The position numbers and the translations under genes are program-made. DNA of 64,000 nt, taken from positions 64,001 through 128,000 of IMG/VR virus record IMGVR_UViG_3300035520_001075; one strand, written 5' to 3'. The notes beneath the pieces were generated by a model. It worked only from the letters and a program-made list of their open reading frames with translations. It was not told the origin of the DNA and ran no database searches. Origin of the DNA: a virus. Lineage: Duplodnaviria; Caudoviricetes. Below, piece after piece: positions 33,337 to 45,845 of the stretch (position 1 is its first letter; each line of letters starts with the position of its first letter).

Positions 33337-35118
33337 ATGACTTTCTTTAATCCTTTTGTAGGCTCTTCAAGTGGCTCTGGAGGTTCTTCTGGCGGCAGCT
33401 CTGGTGCAGATGGAAAATCTGCTTATGAGATTGCTGTTGATAATGGATTTTCAGGCACACAGGCTGAATGGCTTGCTTCTTTAAAGGGTGCTGATGGTAA
33501 GGACGGTACTAACGGAAAAGATGGAAAAGATGGTACTAACGGTACTAATGGTGAAGATGGCGTTGGAATTTCATCAATTAATTTCGTTTCCAGTACTGGC
33601 GGCACAACAGCAGGAATAGCAGGAGCAGCAGATACCTATGAAATTGTGATGACAGATGGAACAAAGACTACTTTTACAGTTGTAAATGGTAATGATTCTT
33701 CTGTTCTCTTAGGTGTTGATGATTTCGATACATACCTTAGAGTTTCCTATGATGAAGGAAAAACTTGGACAAATCTCATCTCACTTGATTCTTTAAAAGG
33801 AAAAGACGGTGAGCAAGGGGTAGACGGCACAACTCCTTTACTGAGAGAAAACGGCGACAACATTGAAGTTAGCTATAATAATGGAAGCACTTGGAAAACT
33901 CTTTTCTCACTTAGCTCTTTAAAAGGCGAACAGGGTGAAAAAGGTGAACAGGGTGAAACTGGTGCAGATGGTGTCTCAATTACAGGTGCTACAGTTAATT
34001 CAGATGGCGATTTGATTATAACTTTCTCAACAGGAACAACTACAAATGCAGGAACAGTTAAGGGTGCAGATGGAACTTCTGTTAAAATAAAAGCTTCAGA
34101 AGACGAATGTACAGATGCAGGCGATGGATATATAGACGAAAACGGACATCTTCAAATTAAAGCCGAATCTGGCGAATTTGTTGATGCTGGAGCTATCAAA
34201 GGCCCAGCAGGTCGTGGAGTTTCACAGATTTATATCTCAGATGATGGACATTTATATGTGCTTTATGATGATTCTGATACTGCGGAAGATTTAGGTAAGG
34301 TAGTAGGTGAAGATGGAGAAGACGGTTATTCTCCAACAATTGAAATATTTAAGCAGGCAGGCGTTTGGAGAATTAATGAATCAAAAGCCCCATTAGCTTA
34401 TTTTGAAATTGATGGTGATACTACTACAAAACCAACAGAATTTGATTTGACAGGACTTGCTACTATTAGTTTTATAAATTGGTGGCAGAATGGTTCAGAC
34501 GATACTTATCCAGTTCAAATAATTTTCTATAAGAATGACGTTGCTATAGAAACTTTTGACGTTGATATGGAGCTGGAAGTTGAATATAAATATGAAGTTG
34601 AAAATTATGATAAGGTTGTTTTGAAAACCACTGGTAGTGATTACGCAACAGGTCAGATTATTTATAATGATGAAACAGCTGAATCTGGTTATTTCCTTAA
34701 GATTACTTATAAAGATGGCGATACTATAAAATCATATTTAACTGAGAGTATTAGGGGTTCTAAGGGTCTTGACGGTAAAGACGCTTATGAAACTTGGCTT
34801 AGTTTAGGTAATGAGGGTACGGAAGAAGAATTCATTGCTTATCTTAGAAATAACTTAATTGTTATTGAAACAGTACTTCAAGCTTCTAAATGGAATGAGG
34901 CAGGACTTTATACAATAACAAATACTAATATAAAGGCTGATAGCGTAATTCACATCGGGCCGCAGGAAGATATAAGCGAAGAACTTTATGACATTGCCGC
35001 CGAAGCAAAAATTATTTGTCAGTCGCAAGAAGATAATAAAATTGTATTGAAAGCATATGGCCCTGTTCCTGAAACAGACATACCAATTTATATTTCAATC
35101 GAAGATATTACAAAATAA
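33337..35118 (+). CDS. Collagen-like repeat tail fibre/structural protein
   Basis: GxxGxx repeats; GKSAYEIAV..GF.GT..EWLASLKG motifs. Confidence 0.75.
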   Translation: MTFFNPFVGSSSGSGGSSGGSSGADGKSAYEIAVDNGFSGTQAEWLASLKGADGKDGTNGKDGKDGTNGTNGEDGVGISSINFVSSTGGTTAGIAGAADTYEIVMTDGTKTTFTVVNGNDSSVLLGVDDFDTYLRVSYDEGKTWTNLISLDSLKGKDGEQGVDGTTPLLRENGDNIEVSYNNGSTWKTLFSLSSLKGEQGEKGEQGETGADGVSITGATVNSDGDLIITFSTGTTTNAGTVKGADGTSVKIKASEDECTDAGDGYIDENGHLQIKAESGEFVDAGAIKGPAGRGVSQIYISDDGHLYVLYDDSDTAEDLGKVVGEDGEDGYSPTIEIFKQAGVWRINESKAPLAYFEIDGDTTTKPTEFDLTGLATISFINWWQNGSDDTYPVQIIFYKNDVAIETFDVDMELEVEYKYEVENYDKVVLKTTGSDYATGQIIYNDETAESGYFLKITYKDGDTIKSYLTESIRGSKGLDGKDAYETWLSLGNEGTEEEFIAYLRNNLIVIETVLQASKWNEAGLYTITNTNIKADSVIHIGPQEDISEELYDIAAEAKIICQSQEDNKIVLKAYGPVPETDIPIYISIEDITK

Positions 35119-35135
35119 AAGAGGTGATTAATTAA

Positions 35136-37136
35136 ATGGCAGTTTTTATAGATTTTCCTTCTGGAACAGGAAATACAGGAGAAAAAGGCGAAAAGGGTGA
35201 TAAGGGCGATACTTTATACTCTGTAAAATTTGATACAGTACTTGCCGCAAGTGATTGGTCATCTGACGGAACTTATAAAATTACTTCTAATGAAATTGAT
35301 GCAGATAGCTTAGTTGACATTGGACTACAGCAGACAATTACAGAAACTCAGATAGATAGTTTCTTAGCAGGAAAAATTGTAGCCACAGACCAAGGCGATG
35401 GCTATATTACTTTGACTGCTTACGACGATGTTCCTACTGAGGATATACCAATTACTGTTGTTATTGAAGGCAGTCAGTTAGAAACAAAAGTTGTTGAAAA
35501 AGTAAGCGGCGGCGAAACAGATTATGGTACTATTGCAGTAAGTAATGACAATGAGATTACTATTTCTACAGCAATTGGTAAAAAGCATACATACACTTTT
35601 GAGACAACTCCTCCAGAGAATCCTACTACTACATATTCTATTGTACACAGAAATCATGTCGGCGAAGTTTTTAATTATGGCGACAAATGCTATGATTATT
35701 ATGAAGTTTTTAATGCGGACGGAACTGCACATACTGATGGAATTTTTGGCGGCCCAATCATAACTGGTACAAGTAAACCTTCTGCCAATGGAGCTTTTAG
35801 TCATGCAGAAGGATATAACTCTACAGCAGATGGAAATTATTCTCATTCTCAGAACCAATGGACAATTGCATCGAGCGATGCTTAGACAACAATGGGTAAA
35901 TTTAATGTAGAAGATACTAACGATACTTATGCTTTAATAATAGGTAATGGTTCTTCTAATTCAAATCGTAGTAATTTATTTGCAATAGGTTGGGATAGCA
36001 AACTCTACGTTAACGATTCTTCTGGAAACTTTGTAGGTATTGATATAACCCAATTATCCTCAAGCTCTGAAGGCTCTGGTTCAACCGTTTCTTGGGCTGG
36101 CACAACAACCTCAGGCGAAGAAATTGGTAAATTGACAGTAGATGGAACAACTTACACTCTCTATTCTTCAACCGCAGACGAAAAAGTTAAGAATATTCCA
36201 AGTACCACAACTAAAGCTTATTTAACAGGCACAAGTAGCACAACCCAGAATACTGGTTATCAATACTTTGATACTAACGTTTATATTGGTGAAGAGTCAG
36301 GCTCTCTCTATGCAACAACATTTTATGGAGCTTTGGACGGCAATGCTTCTACTTCGACAACATCAACTTATGCAACAGGCGTAAAAGTTGTTGAAACAAA
36401 TCCAACATCAATTTCATACTACTATCCATATTGGGGTTCAGAAACCACTACAACTGGAACTTCTGGAGCAACACTTAGAGATAATAGCGGCTTTAAATAT
36501 GCAACAAGAACAGGTACTACAAAACAGAATGGTTTATCTCAGATAATAGTTGGTAATTCCGTTAAATCAGGTACAGCAGGCAATGCGGAAGGTGCTATAG
36601 CTATTTATGGTTCAAGTTCAGGCTATAATTCACTAAGTACTAACAATTCTTCTACAACAAATTATAATAACTATTTACCAGCAGAGTCGGGAACTTTAGC
36701 TCTTTCGACCTCAACACAGGTTATTGAACTTGTTTCTGGAAAGGAAACTTTAATTGTTAATGGTCCAGTCGTCACGGTTATTTTTAACAACCTTTATCTT
36801 TCAGAATATGTTGCAATTGGTTCAGAGTATTTACCAACAACAGACGTAAGTTTCTTACTCCAGACTACTAATAGTGATACTGGTTATTATGAAATAGATG
36901 ATAAATCAACAACTCGTGGATATGTAAGTCTTTTTGAGCCTGCATATGGAACTATTACTTCTTCTGGTTTATCTGATATTATTAGAATAGACCAATCAGT
37001 CACGGCACCACTTGATTCAGAAATAATTTGGTCAGCAGGCGGATTAACTTCTACTCTATTAAAATCTCATTTCTCAGAAAACAATAAAGTAAGAATTACT
37101 GGTTCAGTGACTTACGTTAGAAATTATACAACATAA
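35136..37136 (+). CDS. Tail fibre/receptor-binding-like protein, 1 in-frame TAG, 666 aa
   Basis: Two track ORFs in one frame, joined at TAG 35883-35885: SHAEG...TIASSDA[Q]TTMGKFN...IIGNG. Confidence 0.78.
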
Positions 37137-37151
37137 GCGAGGTGAATAAAA

Positions 37152-38795
37152 TTGGCAGTATTAATACATCAACCATATAATAAAACTGTTATTATAGGGG
37201 AAGGCGGCATTGATACATCAGATGCAACTGCAACTGCCGCCGACATAAAAAGTGGCTTGACGGCTTATGTTAATAATGAGAAAATTACTGGTTCTGCTTA
37301 TACTATAAATCAAGAAGTTAGTATTACTCCAAGTACAGATGACCATTATCTTGTTAGCGGATTTTATAATGGAATTGCAATCCCAGGCGATGAGGATTTA
37401 GTAGCAGAAAATATTAAAGAAGGAGTAGAAATCTTTGGTATTACTGGTACTTTGGTTGAGAAAGGAGAAAACGATATTGATACAACAGATGCAACCGCCA
37501 CAGCAGACGATATTTTACTTAATAAAACCGCTTATGTAAATGGAGAAAAGCTAACTGGTACAATTTTATCACAGGAAGAACAGACCATTGTTCCTTCTAC
37601 AATTGATAAAACGATTAGTTCAGGAATTTACATAGCAGGCAAACAGACAATTAAAGGCGACGAAGATTTAATTGCAGAAAATATCAAAGCAGGGGTTAGC
37701 ATTTTTGACGTAGATGGTACTTTTACTTCTGATGGAAATATTACAGAATACGATATTCCAGAGGGTAAAATTGGTTATGCAAATGGAGAAAAAATTATTG
37801 GTACTGCTTTAACAATTGAAGATGAATTAATTATAACTCCAACCACTTATCCTTTTTATGTTGAAGAAGGAACTTTTGTTCAGACTGGTATAACAGTAAA
37901 GGGTAGTGAAAACCTTCTTGCAGAAAATATTAAAGAAGGGGTCGAAATTTTTGATGTTGTGGGTACTTATTCTCCAGAAGTTAGTATTGAAATTACTGAC
38001 GCAACAGCAACTTCCGCAGATATTTTAGAAGGTAAAATTGCTTATAATAATGATGGTAAGGTTATTGGTACTATGGCTTCTTTAGAAGAGACCATTTACA
38101 CTCCAACCACTTCCAATCTTGTAATTGATTCTGGCGTTTATCTTGCTGGAGACCAGATTATTGAGGGAGATGAGAATTTAGTTGCTGATAATATTAAATC
38201 AGGAATAACAATTTTTGGAATTACTGGTACTTATGAAGGCAGTGGCGGAGAAAGCGAAGAATCTTCTGAACTTGTTTTGTTTGATTCTGTTGATAGCACT
38301 TCAACTGATGATATTGTGAATAAGTATAGTGATTCAATCTATGTTTTCTCTGACTCAAAAGATGATTTCACTCCAATTCAAGCATATGATTATAATGATA
38401 CAACTCCTAATGTGATTTATAATAGTAGCTATGGTGCTGGTATTAATATGAATAAATTATCTATTGGTGCAGGATTTATAAACGATACTCCTATTACAAT
38501 TAAAAAGAGTACCGCTCTTTTAAAAAGAATGCATTATGTATCAACTTGGATTAATCCAACCGTCACGCTTTCCCTTATTGAAGCTTCTTCGTTTGCAGAA
38601 GCTCAGGAAAAAGTAGCTAATTCTGACTATACCATTACTACAACAATAACATTAGCCAATGTAAATAATAATGCTTATAGCTTTACTCAGTTAGAAAATT
38701 TACCAGTTGGAACATTTTATCCAGTAGTACAATGTGCTGAAAAGGCGGCAGGCAATGAAGCATTGATTAAATACTTAGGATTAATATTTATATAA
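37152..38795 (+). CDS. Repeat-containing structural/tail-associated protein
   Basis: Four repeats of DATATxxDI...AY.NGEKI.G and L.AENIK.GV.IF. Confidence 0.65.
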   Translation: MAVLIHQPYNKTVIIGEGGIDTSDATATAADIKSGLTAYVNNEKITGSAYTINQEVSITPSTDDHYLVSGFYNGIAIPGDEDLVAENIKEGVEIFGITGTLVEKGENDIDTTDATATADDILLNKTAYVNGEKLTGTILSQEEQTIVPSTIDKTISSGIYIAGKQTIKGDEDLIAENIKAGVSIFDVDGTFTSDGNITEYDIPEGKIGYANGEKIIGTALTIEDELIITPTTYPFYVEEGTFVQTGITVKGSENLLAENIKEGVEIFDVVGTYSPEVSIEITDATATSADILEGKIAYNNDGKVIGTMASLEETIYTPTTSNLVIDSGVYLAGDQIIEGDENLVADNIKSGITIFGITGTYEGSGGESEESSELVLFDSVDSTSTDDIVNKYSDSIYVFSDSKDDFTPIQAYDYNDTTPNVIYNSSYGAGINMNKLSIGAGFINDTPITIKKSTALLKRMHYVSTWINPTVTLSLIEASSFAEAQEKVANSDYTITTTITLANVNNNAYSFTQLENLPVGTFYPVVQCAEKAAGNEALIKYLGLIFI

Positions 38796-38809
38796 AGAGG
38801 TGAATTAGA

Positions 38810-39619
38810 ATGAGAATGATGTCTACTACTTCTGTTGAAGCTTATGAAACCGCTTTAATAAAGGACAATATTTATAAGGTTAAATTGAGAACAAATATAG
38901 AGCAGAAAATAAATGGATATTTCTACTATAACGAGTATTCTCTTATAACTGAATTAGATGATATAAGCGTTTTAGATGATATAGATACTTTTAATAAATA
39001 TCTCGAGGCCGCACAGTTAGAGGAAGAGGCTAAGAATAAAGAAAAGAAAATCAAAAATTTAAAACAGAATCTTGAAAATACTGATTATCAGGTTATCAAG
39101 AGCTTAGAAAATTATTCTTTAGGTTTAACTCTTCCATATGATTACTCTGCTTTGATTACTAAACGTCAGGAAATTAGAGACAATATTAATAATCTTGAAA
39201 GTGAAACTGATGAAATAGATGAATTATCACAAATTCAGCAACGTAAAATTAATGAAATGTGTTCAATTTGTCAAACTACAATTACAAACGGCATTGACTA
39301 TAACGATGAACATTATCGTCTTAATACCACAGATCAGATTAATTTAACTTCTCTCTATGCTCTTGCTCAGGTTGGTCAATCAGTTCCTTATCACGCAGAT
39401 AGTCAGGTTTGTAGAATTTACACTCCAGAAGAAATGATTGGCTTAGTCCAGACGGCAACAAGCTGGATTACTTACCACACTACTTATTATAATCTTTTAA
39501 AAAATCAAATTCTTGCAATGGACAATATTGATGAAATTAAATCAGTTGTATACGGAATGGAATTAAAGGAGGAATATCAGAGTATCATTAATTTGATAGT
39601 GAATAGCAATGCTCAGTAA
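38810..39619 (+). CDS. Tail fibre assembly-like protein (DUF4376-like C-terminus)
   Basis: LENTDYQVIK; DQINL...PYHAD...CR.Y; follows the fibre genes. Confidence 0.6.
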   Translation: MRMMSTTSVEAYETALIKDNIYKVKLRTNIEQKINGYFYYNEYSLITELDDISVLDDIDTFNKYLEAAQLEEEAKNKEKKIKNLKQNLENTDYQVIKSLENYSLGLTLPYDYSALITKRQEIRDNINNLESETDEIDELSQIQQRKINEMCSICQTTITNGIDYNDEHYRLNTTDQINLTSLYALAQVGQSVPYHADSQVCRIYTPEEMIGLVQTATSWITYHTTYYNLLKNQILAMDNIDEIKSVVYGMELKEEYQSIINLIVNSNAQ

Positions 39620-40067
39620 ACTAAAAAGTATTGTTAAATATTTGTTCCTTTTTCTTGTTGGCGGCTCTGCTTATGTCGGGACAGAGCTGCTTTACAGGGG
39701 TTATTCTCATTGGACTATGTTTATAGTCGGCGGCCTTTGCTTTATTTGTGTTGGTTTAATTAATAATATCTTTTCTTGGAATATATTACTTGAACTTTAG
39801 GCATTATTTGGGTCGTTGATTATAACATTATTAGAGCTAATTAGTGGAATAATTATTAACTTAATTTTAGGGTGGAATGTATGGGATTATAGCAATGTCC
39901 CCTTTAATTTCTTAGGATAGATTTGTCTACCATTTACATTCTATTGGTTTTTACTTAGTATATTAATTATAATCTTAGATGATACAATACGATATTTATT
40001 TTTCAAAGAAGAAAAGCCTCATTACAAAATTCTGTATTTTAAAATAAAAAAAGGGAACAAGATTTAA
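39609..40067 (+). CDS. Multi-TM membrane protein (PF06541-like), 2 in-frame TAGs, 152 aa
   Basis: RGYSHWTMF..GG; readthrough gives WNVWDYSNVPFNFLG[Q]ICLPF. Confidence 0.8.
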
Positions 40068-40091
40068 TCTTGTTCCCATTCCAATACTATT

Positions 40092-40277
40092 TTAATTTTT
40101 AATCGTAATATCAATTGTGCTAAGATTTTTAATATTGATATTTTCTACAGTATATGTATCATATATACTATCCTCAACTGAGAGAATTGTGGTAATGAAC
40201 TCGTCATTTATATAAATATGTATTGGAATTACATTAGTAATCAATGACTTTATATTCTGTAAACTCATTTTCATCAT
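40092..40277 (-). CDS. Small hypothetical protein with its own promoter
   Basis: AAGGA RBS and TTGACT/TATAAT upstream on the minus strand. Confidence 0.5.
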   Translation of the reverse strand: MMKMSLQNIKSLITNVIPIHIYINDEFITTILSVEDSIYDTYTVENINIKNLSTIDITIKN

Positions 40278-40352
40278 TCCTTTCTTTTCCGATTTTCTAT
40301 AATAATTATATCATAGTCTTTTTATAAAGTCAAACATTGTGAGGTGAGACCG

Positions 40353-40661
40353 ATGAAGAAAATAGAAACCTCTAAACTTTTGCTTTGCTTTGCTATTTTA
40401 ATTAGTTTAGGAATTACAGTATTTAGCTGTATTATGATGGTTGTTTTTTAGACATATGAGCCATTGTGCTATCTAATTCCCTCTATTTTTACAGAATGTG
40501 CGGCGGCTACAGGATTTTATTATAATAAATCTAAGCACGAAAACAAAATTAAAATTGTCTTAGGAGCAATTTCAGAAATTAGTGAGAAAAATAATGAAGA
40601 TGAATTAACTGAAAATGAAGTTAGAATCATTGAAAGTTTAAGTAATATTTTAAATGATTAA
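40353..40661 (+). CDS. Putative holin, 1 in-frame TAG, 102 aa
   Basis: GAGGTG RBS; two TM segments; TAG at 40449-40451; TGFYYNKSK.EN motif; directly upstream of the endolysin. Confidence 0.72.
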
Positions 40662-40674
40662 GGAGGAATTTTAA

Positions 40675-41925
40675 ATGAGTAATTTTTTAACACCAGATAG
40701 AACCTATAAAGCAAATGGATTAACAGTTAAAGAATTTCTTTTAACTAAATCAAAGAATAATCCAAATAAAATTGATATGCCAAGCGGCAATCGTAAGAAG
40801 ACAGTAGCTATTACTGTCCATAACACAGAAGCAGTTAATGTTTCTTCAAGTACAACAATGGCAGAACAGTATACAAGAGCAACATATAACAATGCTATGA
40901 AGACTGTTCGAGTACATTATTATGTTGATAATGTTTGTGCTTGGCAGAATTTACCAGATGACTATGTAAACTGGTCTTGTGCAGATGGTACTTCTGATGC
41001 TAATAGCGGTAATAATACTACTGTAGCAATTGAAGTAATTGGCAACTCGGCGGCCGCAGAAGCAAATGCGGTTAAGCTTGTGGCTTATCTTTTAAACAAA
41101 TATAACCTTGATGTTGCTGATGGTGTAAGAAGCCATACATACTGGCTTGCAAGAAAAGCGGGCAAATCAGGAACAATTGATACTATGTGTACAACAAAGG
41201 GACTTGCGAAATATTGTCCAATTTATATTTTGCCGCATTGGTCTACTTTTAAGAGTAATGTTGAAAAATCGCTTAATGCTCTTAAAGGAACATCGACAAG
41301 TTCAAGTTCAAGTTCATCAACTTCAAGCTCAACAGCTACATCTACCACAATAACCTATAGAGTTCGTAAAACTTGGGCAGATGCAAGTTCTCAGATAGGG
41401 GCTTATAGTTCTCTTGATAATGCTAAAAAAGCTTGTAAGGCGGGTTATAGCGTTTTTGATGAGAAAGGCAATGTTGTTTATACTAATAGTACTTCAACTA
41501 CTACTACTACTACTGTAAGTGTTCCTGATGTAAAATATAGATTGTATAGTAATGGTGCTTGGTCAAGTGAAATTACCAATGCAACTTCTTATGCTGGTAA
41601 AGATAAATATGCCGCAAATGGCTTCGCCGCAACAGTTTCAAAAGGCTCATTAAAGTATCGTGTTCATTTAAACGGCGGCGGCTGGTTAAGTTGGATTACT
41701 GCCTATAATATTAATGACTGGAATAAGGGTTGTGCAGGATTAAAAACTCAGCAGATTGATGCAATTCAGATAGAACTTCTTAATTGTAGTGGCTATCAGG
41801 TTAAATATAGAGTTTCTTCTACTGCTTCAAGTAATTACTATGATTGGGTTGAAGGAATTTCTGATTATGCAGGAGTTTTTGGAAAGCCTGTCGATAAGGT
41901 TCAGATTGAGATTATTAAGAAATAA
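40675..41925 (+). CDS. Endolysin, N-acetylmuramoyl-L-alanine amidase (Amidase_2) with C-terminal binding repeats
   Basis: ITVHNT, VHYYVD, AIEV, SH, CP; Ser/Thr linkers. Confidence 0.85.
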   Translation: MSNFLTPDRTYKANGLTVKEFLLTKSKNNPNKIDMPSGNRKKTVAITVHNTEAVNVSSSTTMAEQYTRATYNNAMKTVRVHYYVDNVCAWQNLPDDYVNWSCADGTSDANSGNNTTVAIEVIGNSAAAEANAVKLVAYLLNKYNLDVADGVRSHTYWLARKAGKSGTIDTMCTTKGLAKYCPIYILPHWSTFKSNVEKSLNALKGTSTSSSSSSSTSSSTATSTTITYRVRKTWADASSQIGAYSSLDNAKKACKAGYSVFDEKGNVVYTNSTSTTTTTTVSVPDVKYRLYSNGAWSSEITNATSYAGKDKYAANGFAATVSKGSLKYRVHLNGGGWLSWITAYNINDWNKGCAGLKTQQIDAIQIELLNCSGYQVKYRVSSTASSNYYDWVEGISDYAGVFGKPVDKVQIEIIKK

Positions 41926-41929
41926 TATT

Positions 41930-41965
41930 AATAGGGGAGCATTAGATTGTTCCCCTTATTTTCTT
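41930..41965 (+). terminator. Rho-independent terminator after the endolysin
   Basis: GGGGAGCA/TGTTCCCC hairpin followed by a T-rich tract. Confidence 0.65.
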
Positions 41966-42068
41966 ACTTTATATTGAAAGTCAAGGTATTGACTTTTAGA
42001 ATAATTTGAGATATAATATAATGAAAAGGTAATACTTTTTAAATTTATAATAGATGAGGTGAAGACAA

Positions 42069-45000
42069 ATGGCAATTAATACAAATGAAGCGGACCAGAA
42101 TAAAAATAAAGATAAGATTACAACTATTTCTGGTGCGACAGAGTATGAAATTAATTCTGAAAAAGAAAAGAATGAAATTAATTCCTTGAGATTTAAGCAA
42201 AGCTATTATGCTTTTTTAGAACTACTTTCTGATTTATATCCAAATGCGTTGGGTGTAAAAATGCTTGGTGTAATTGGTGATAATAGTCTTTTTGATTCAG
42301 ATTCACAGTCGAATTTAGATGCTGAATATTTAGATTGGCTACTTGATGTAGACCACTTTATGAAGGGCGTTAGAAGCGATAGAAATATTTCGCCAGAAAA
42401 ATTATTAAAATTATATCAAACAGCAATAGGGCTTTTCTTTGATTCAGACGATGCCGCACAATACTTACAAGATTTTGGCGATACAAAAGTATCAGATACT
42501 AATGGTGGAAAAGTAATAAAGTATAACGGTAAGTCATATCTTCTTTCAGATATGGAAAGCCGCTATAGTGATATGAAAACGGCGAAAGATACAAGTGCAG
42601 AAAAAGAAGGTAAAGAAAAAAATTATTTTAATATTCCAGCATTAACAGAAATAAATGAAGCTTACACCGCAGTTGCAAAAATGTTTGACTTTAATGGAGA
42701 TAACTTAATAGGCACAGACGATGCCGTAATTGCTCTCAAGTTTTTTGCTATTGACTTAACAGACGCAGAAAGAGCTTCTTCTATAAAAACGTATACTTAT
42801 GATGTTTCTACAATTCAGTCAGCAGGAGGCTTCGATGAGTGGCCAGCTTTAAGTCGTGATGGGTAGGATTTAAAAAATAGTGATGGAAAGAGTTATTGTG
42901 TAATCTCGAAAGGAGAAGGAAAGGTTTATTTTTATAATTCTTCAACATATTATACAGAAGCTTCTGCAAGTAAAATTGCAGAAAAACTTAAAGCGAAAGA
43001 AACTGACTTTAGAAAACTTCAAGCTAAAGAGTATACAACAGGTACATCAGATTCAAATAAGGCTTTAGATAAGAACATATATTCTGCATTAACAAGACTC
43101 TCGTTCCCTACTGGAGGAAAAACTTATAATTCCAGATGGGCAGTATCCTTATTAAGAACAATTAAAAAAATAAATATTCATAATAAGAAATCTTCATCAA
43201 CACCTTATGTTTCCGTAGCTGAATTTGCGGCTTATTTATATCAGAATTCTGACGAATATATAAACTTATTAAAAGATACCAGCAATATTTGGAATGAAAA
43301 TGGTGGAACAGAGGACGAAGAAATTAGCGAAGAAGGTTGGAACGAATCCATAAACAAATTATATGACTTAATTAAAGAATGGTGCTTAACCTATGGATTA
43401 ACAAGTGATTTATATCATGATTCCTTTAAAGATTGGATAGACGGACTAAGAAGAGCAGATGCAAAAGGTACAGAAGCTAATTACTATTTAGACCCAAGGC
43501 CATTAAAGAACGTCTTTGACCAAGTTTATACTCAGGCACGTGCTGATGAGATTAAGATGAATGTAGATAATATGGACTATACTAATCTTACAAAGGCTAT
43601 TGCAGATGAGGTTGCTAATGGAAACGTAAGCACCGATACTTTAAAGGCTGTCGTTAATTTATTAATGCCAGAATATAAAAGAAGAGTTGAAGTAGAAGAT
43701 TTGGATAAAAACTTCTGGGTAATTTCTCAGTTATTAAGTGCTATATTAAGCGTTCTTTTTGGCGATGATAATGGATTACAGGGAATTCTGAAAGGACAAA
43801 TGGCGGAAACAATGGAACTTTGGAATAATGTAAAATATTTATGGAACGTCACCCAAATGTAGGCAAGAATGATTGATAATTTAGCTAAGTCGCTTGAAAT
43901 TTTAAGTGGAGATGTTGACGAAGGCGATGATGCTTTTGAGATTTCTAAAGAAGTTTATCAATATACAGCAAAGGCAACAGATACTTCTAATATTAATTCT
44001 GATGAGTGGACAGGCTGGGCGTTAGATTTAGATGGAGATGATTCAGTTTCTTGGTATGATGCTTGTTTGATTTTAAAACTTTATGCCTGTTGGATTCTTT
44101 ATCACAACGATGAAGATATAACATATACAGATTTAAATGGATATGAGCAAAAAATTTTCCCAAATATTATTAAGGTAACAGAAGGAGAAACCTTTAAGAG
44201 TTATCAAGATTTTATAAATTGGTCTAAAAAAAGTACATGGGGGCTTACTTTAAATTATGTAGAAGAAGGAGAATATAAAGACAGAGCATTAATGATAAAA
44301 TGGAATTTTGATACAAAAACTACAACAAAGGATGGTACTTTACTTGGAACTTGGTTTTATCAAAAGATTTTTTCTAATTATGCCTATCCTTTAGATATCT
44401 AGAGTGGTATGTCATATGAGGAATTGGAGCTTTTCACCGGTGTGGGAGGCCTAACCGATACAGACACTGGAATGCCATTTTTTGGTTTTAATAATAAATA
44501 TTTATTAGAAGATGAAAAAAATGGTCTTACTATTTGTTCTAATGTACGAAACGCATATCTATCTTGTGGCGGAACAGATGACAATGCTACAGATAAAGAA
44601 AAATTTGCTTTCGTATTAAAACATTATGGAATGGATAATCGTTATTTTTCAGGCTTTTCTCAAACCGCCTATTGTGATAATGTATTAGATAAATCTGATA
44701 AGTACATATTTTATTATATTGGAGGTAGAAATTATCAAAGATATGATGGATTAAATACTTACAAAGTGATGTCGGCAATAATACTGAAAATGATGCAGGG
44801 TATAGCCACCTATTTCAAAGGAAGTTCAGACAGGACAGGAATTCTAAACTATGCCTTGTCGTCTATAGCTGGAAATGTTTCTTCCTTGTATTCTGATAAT
44901 GTCAGCTTAGCTCTTCATAGAATAAATTATTATCCAGCAGGTCAAAAAGAAGAATTTGATGGAAATGATATTAATAAGGATATTTATCGAGGAGAAAGAG

Positions 45001-45839
45001 CCTTAATAGTTCAATTTGCGAGTGACAGTACTGAAGAAGAATTAAAAGAGTCTGTAGTAAATTCCGAGCAAGGAATTGGTATTAAAAATACTTATTCAGA
45101 ATGTTTTGGAAAAACCAGCGACGTAAAAGGGATTGGCGGTGCCAGATTAAGAACATCAATAAGCGGATGTGATGTTGCTATATTTTTACAAGACGGAGAC
45201 TATTATAAAGAAAATGACAGTATAAATGAACTTGGTATAAAACTTTATAAAAAATATCTTTTAGTTTGTATGCTATTGGCTACAGAAGGTATCAGTACAG
45301 CAGATTCTCGACTTGCAGTCACCATATTACAAGTATTAAGTCAAAATACTCATTTATCTAATAAAAATTTCTGGAAGACTTTTAAAAACAATCAAAAGAA
45401 TTTTTCTCTGAGTAATCAAAATATGGTAAAAGCGTGTACAATTAGTGGTACAAAATCTGATTTGTCCGATTTAACATATATAATAGCCTTTAACTAGGAA
45501 TATACTATAAACGAATATAAACTAACACTTTATTCGGAAGACGGAAAAACAATTTCACGAATAGAAGGCGAAAATAATAATCCTACTGCAACATATACTT
45601 CAGAAATGTTGTTTGAAACACTGACATATAATGGGAAAAAAATTTATCCAGGCTTTACAGGGGCATTAAATGGAGAATACCCAGAATATATGGTAGGAGG
45701 AGCATATAACTCTCGATATGTTTATGACTATTCATTAAGCGATTTTGCAGAAAAAACAATAGATAATACTTCTGGACAGAAATATAATGAGGCAGAACAC
45801 AAAAGTTTCCATATTGTACAAACATCGTCTAACGGGTGA
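42069..45839 (+). CDS. Large probable virion protein, 4 in-frame TAGs, 1256 aa, two dockerin/EF-hand-like motifs
   Basis: Five track ORFs share one frame and are separated only by TAG (42864, 43860, 44400, 45495); ends at TGA. Confidence 0.75.
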
Positions 45840-45845
45840 TTTAAA

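Noticed and set aside
37152-38300. Repeats read as a CRISPR array or DGR
   Set aside because: They are degenerate protein-level repeats. No fixed repeat-spacer pattern, cas gene or reverse transcriptase is visible in the window.
42069-45839. Fragmented ORFs read as pseudogenes
   Set aside because: Every break is an in-frame TAG with no frameshifts, and a CUA tRNA is present; recoding explains them better.
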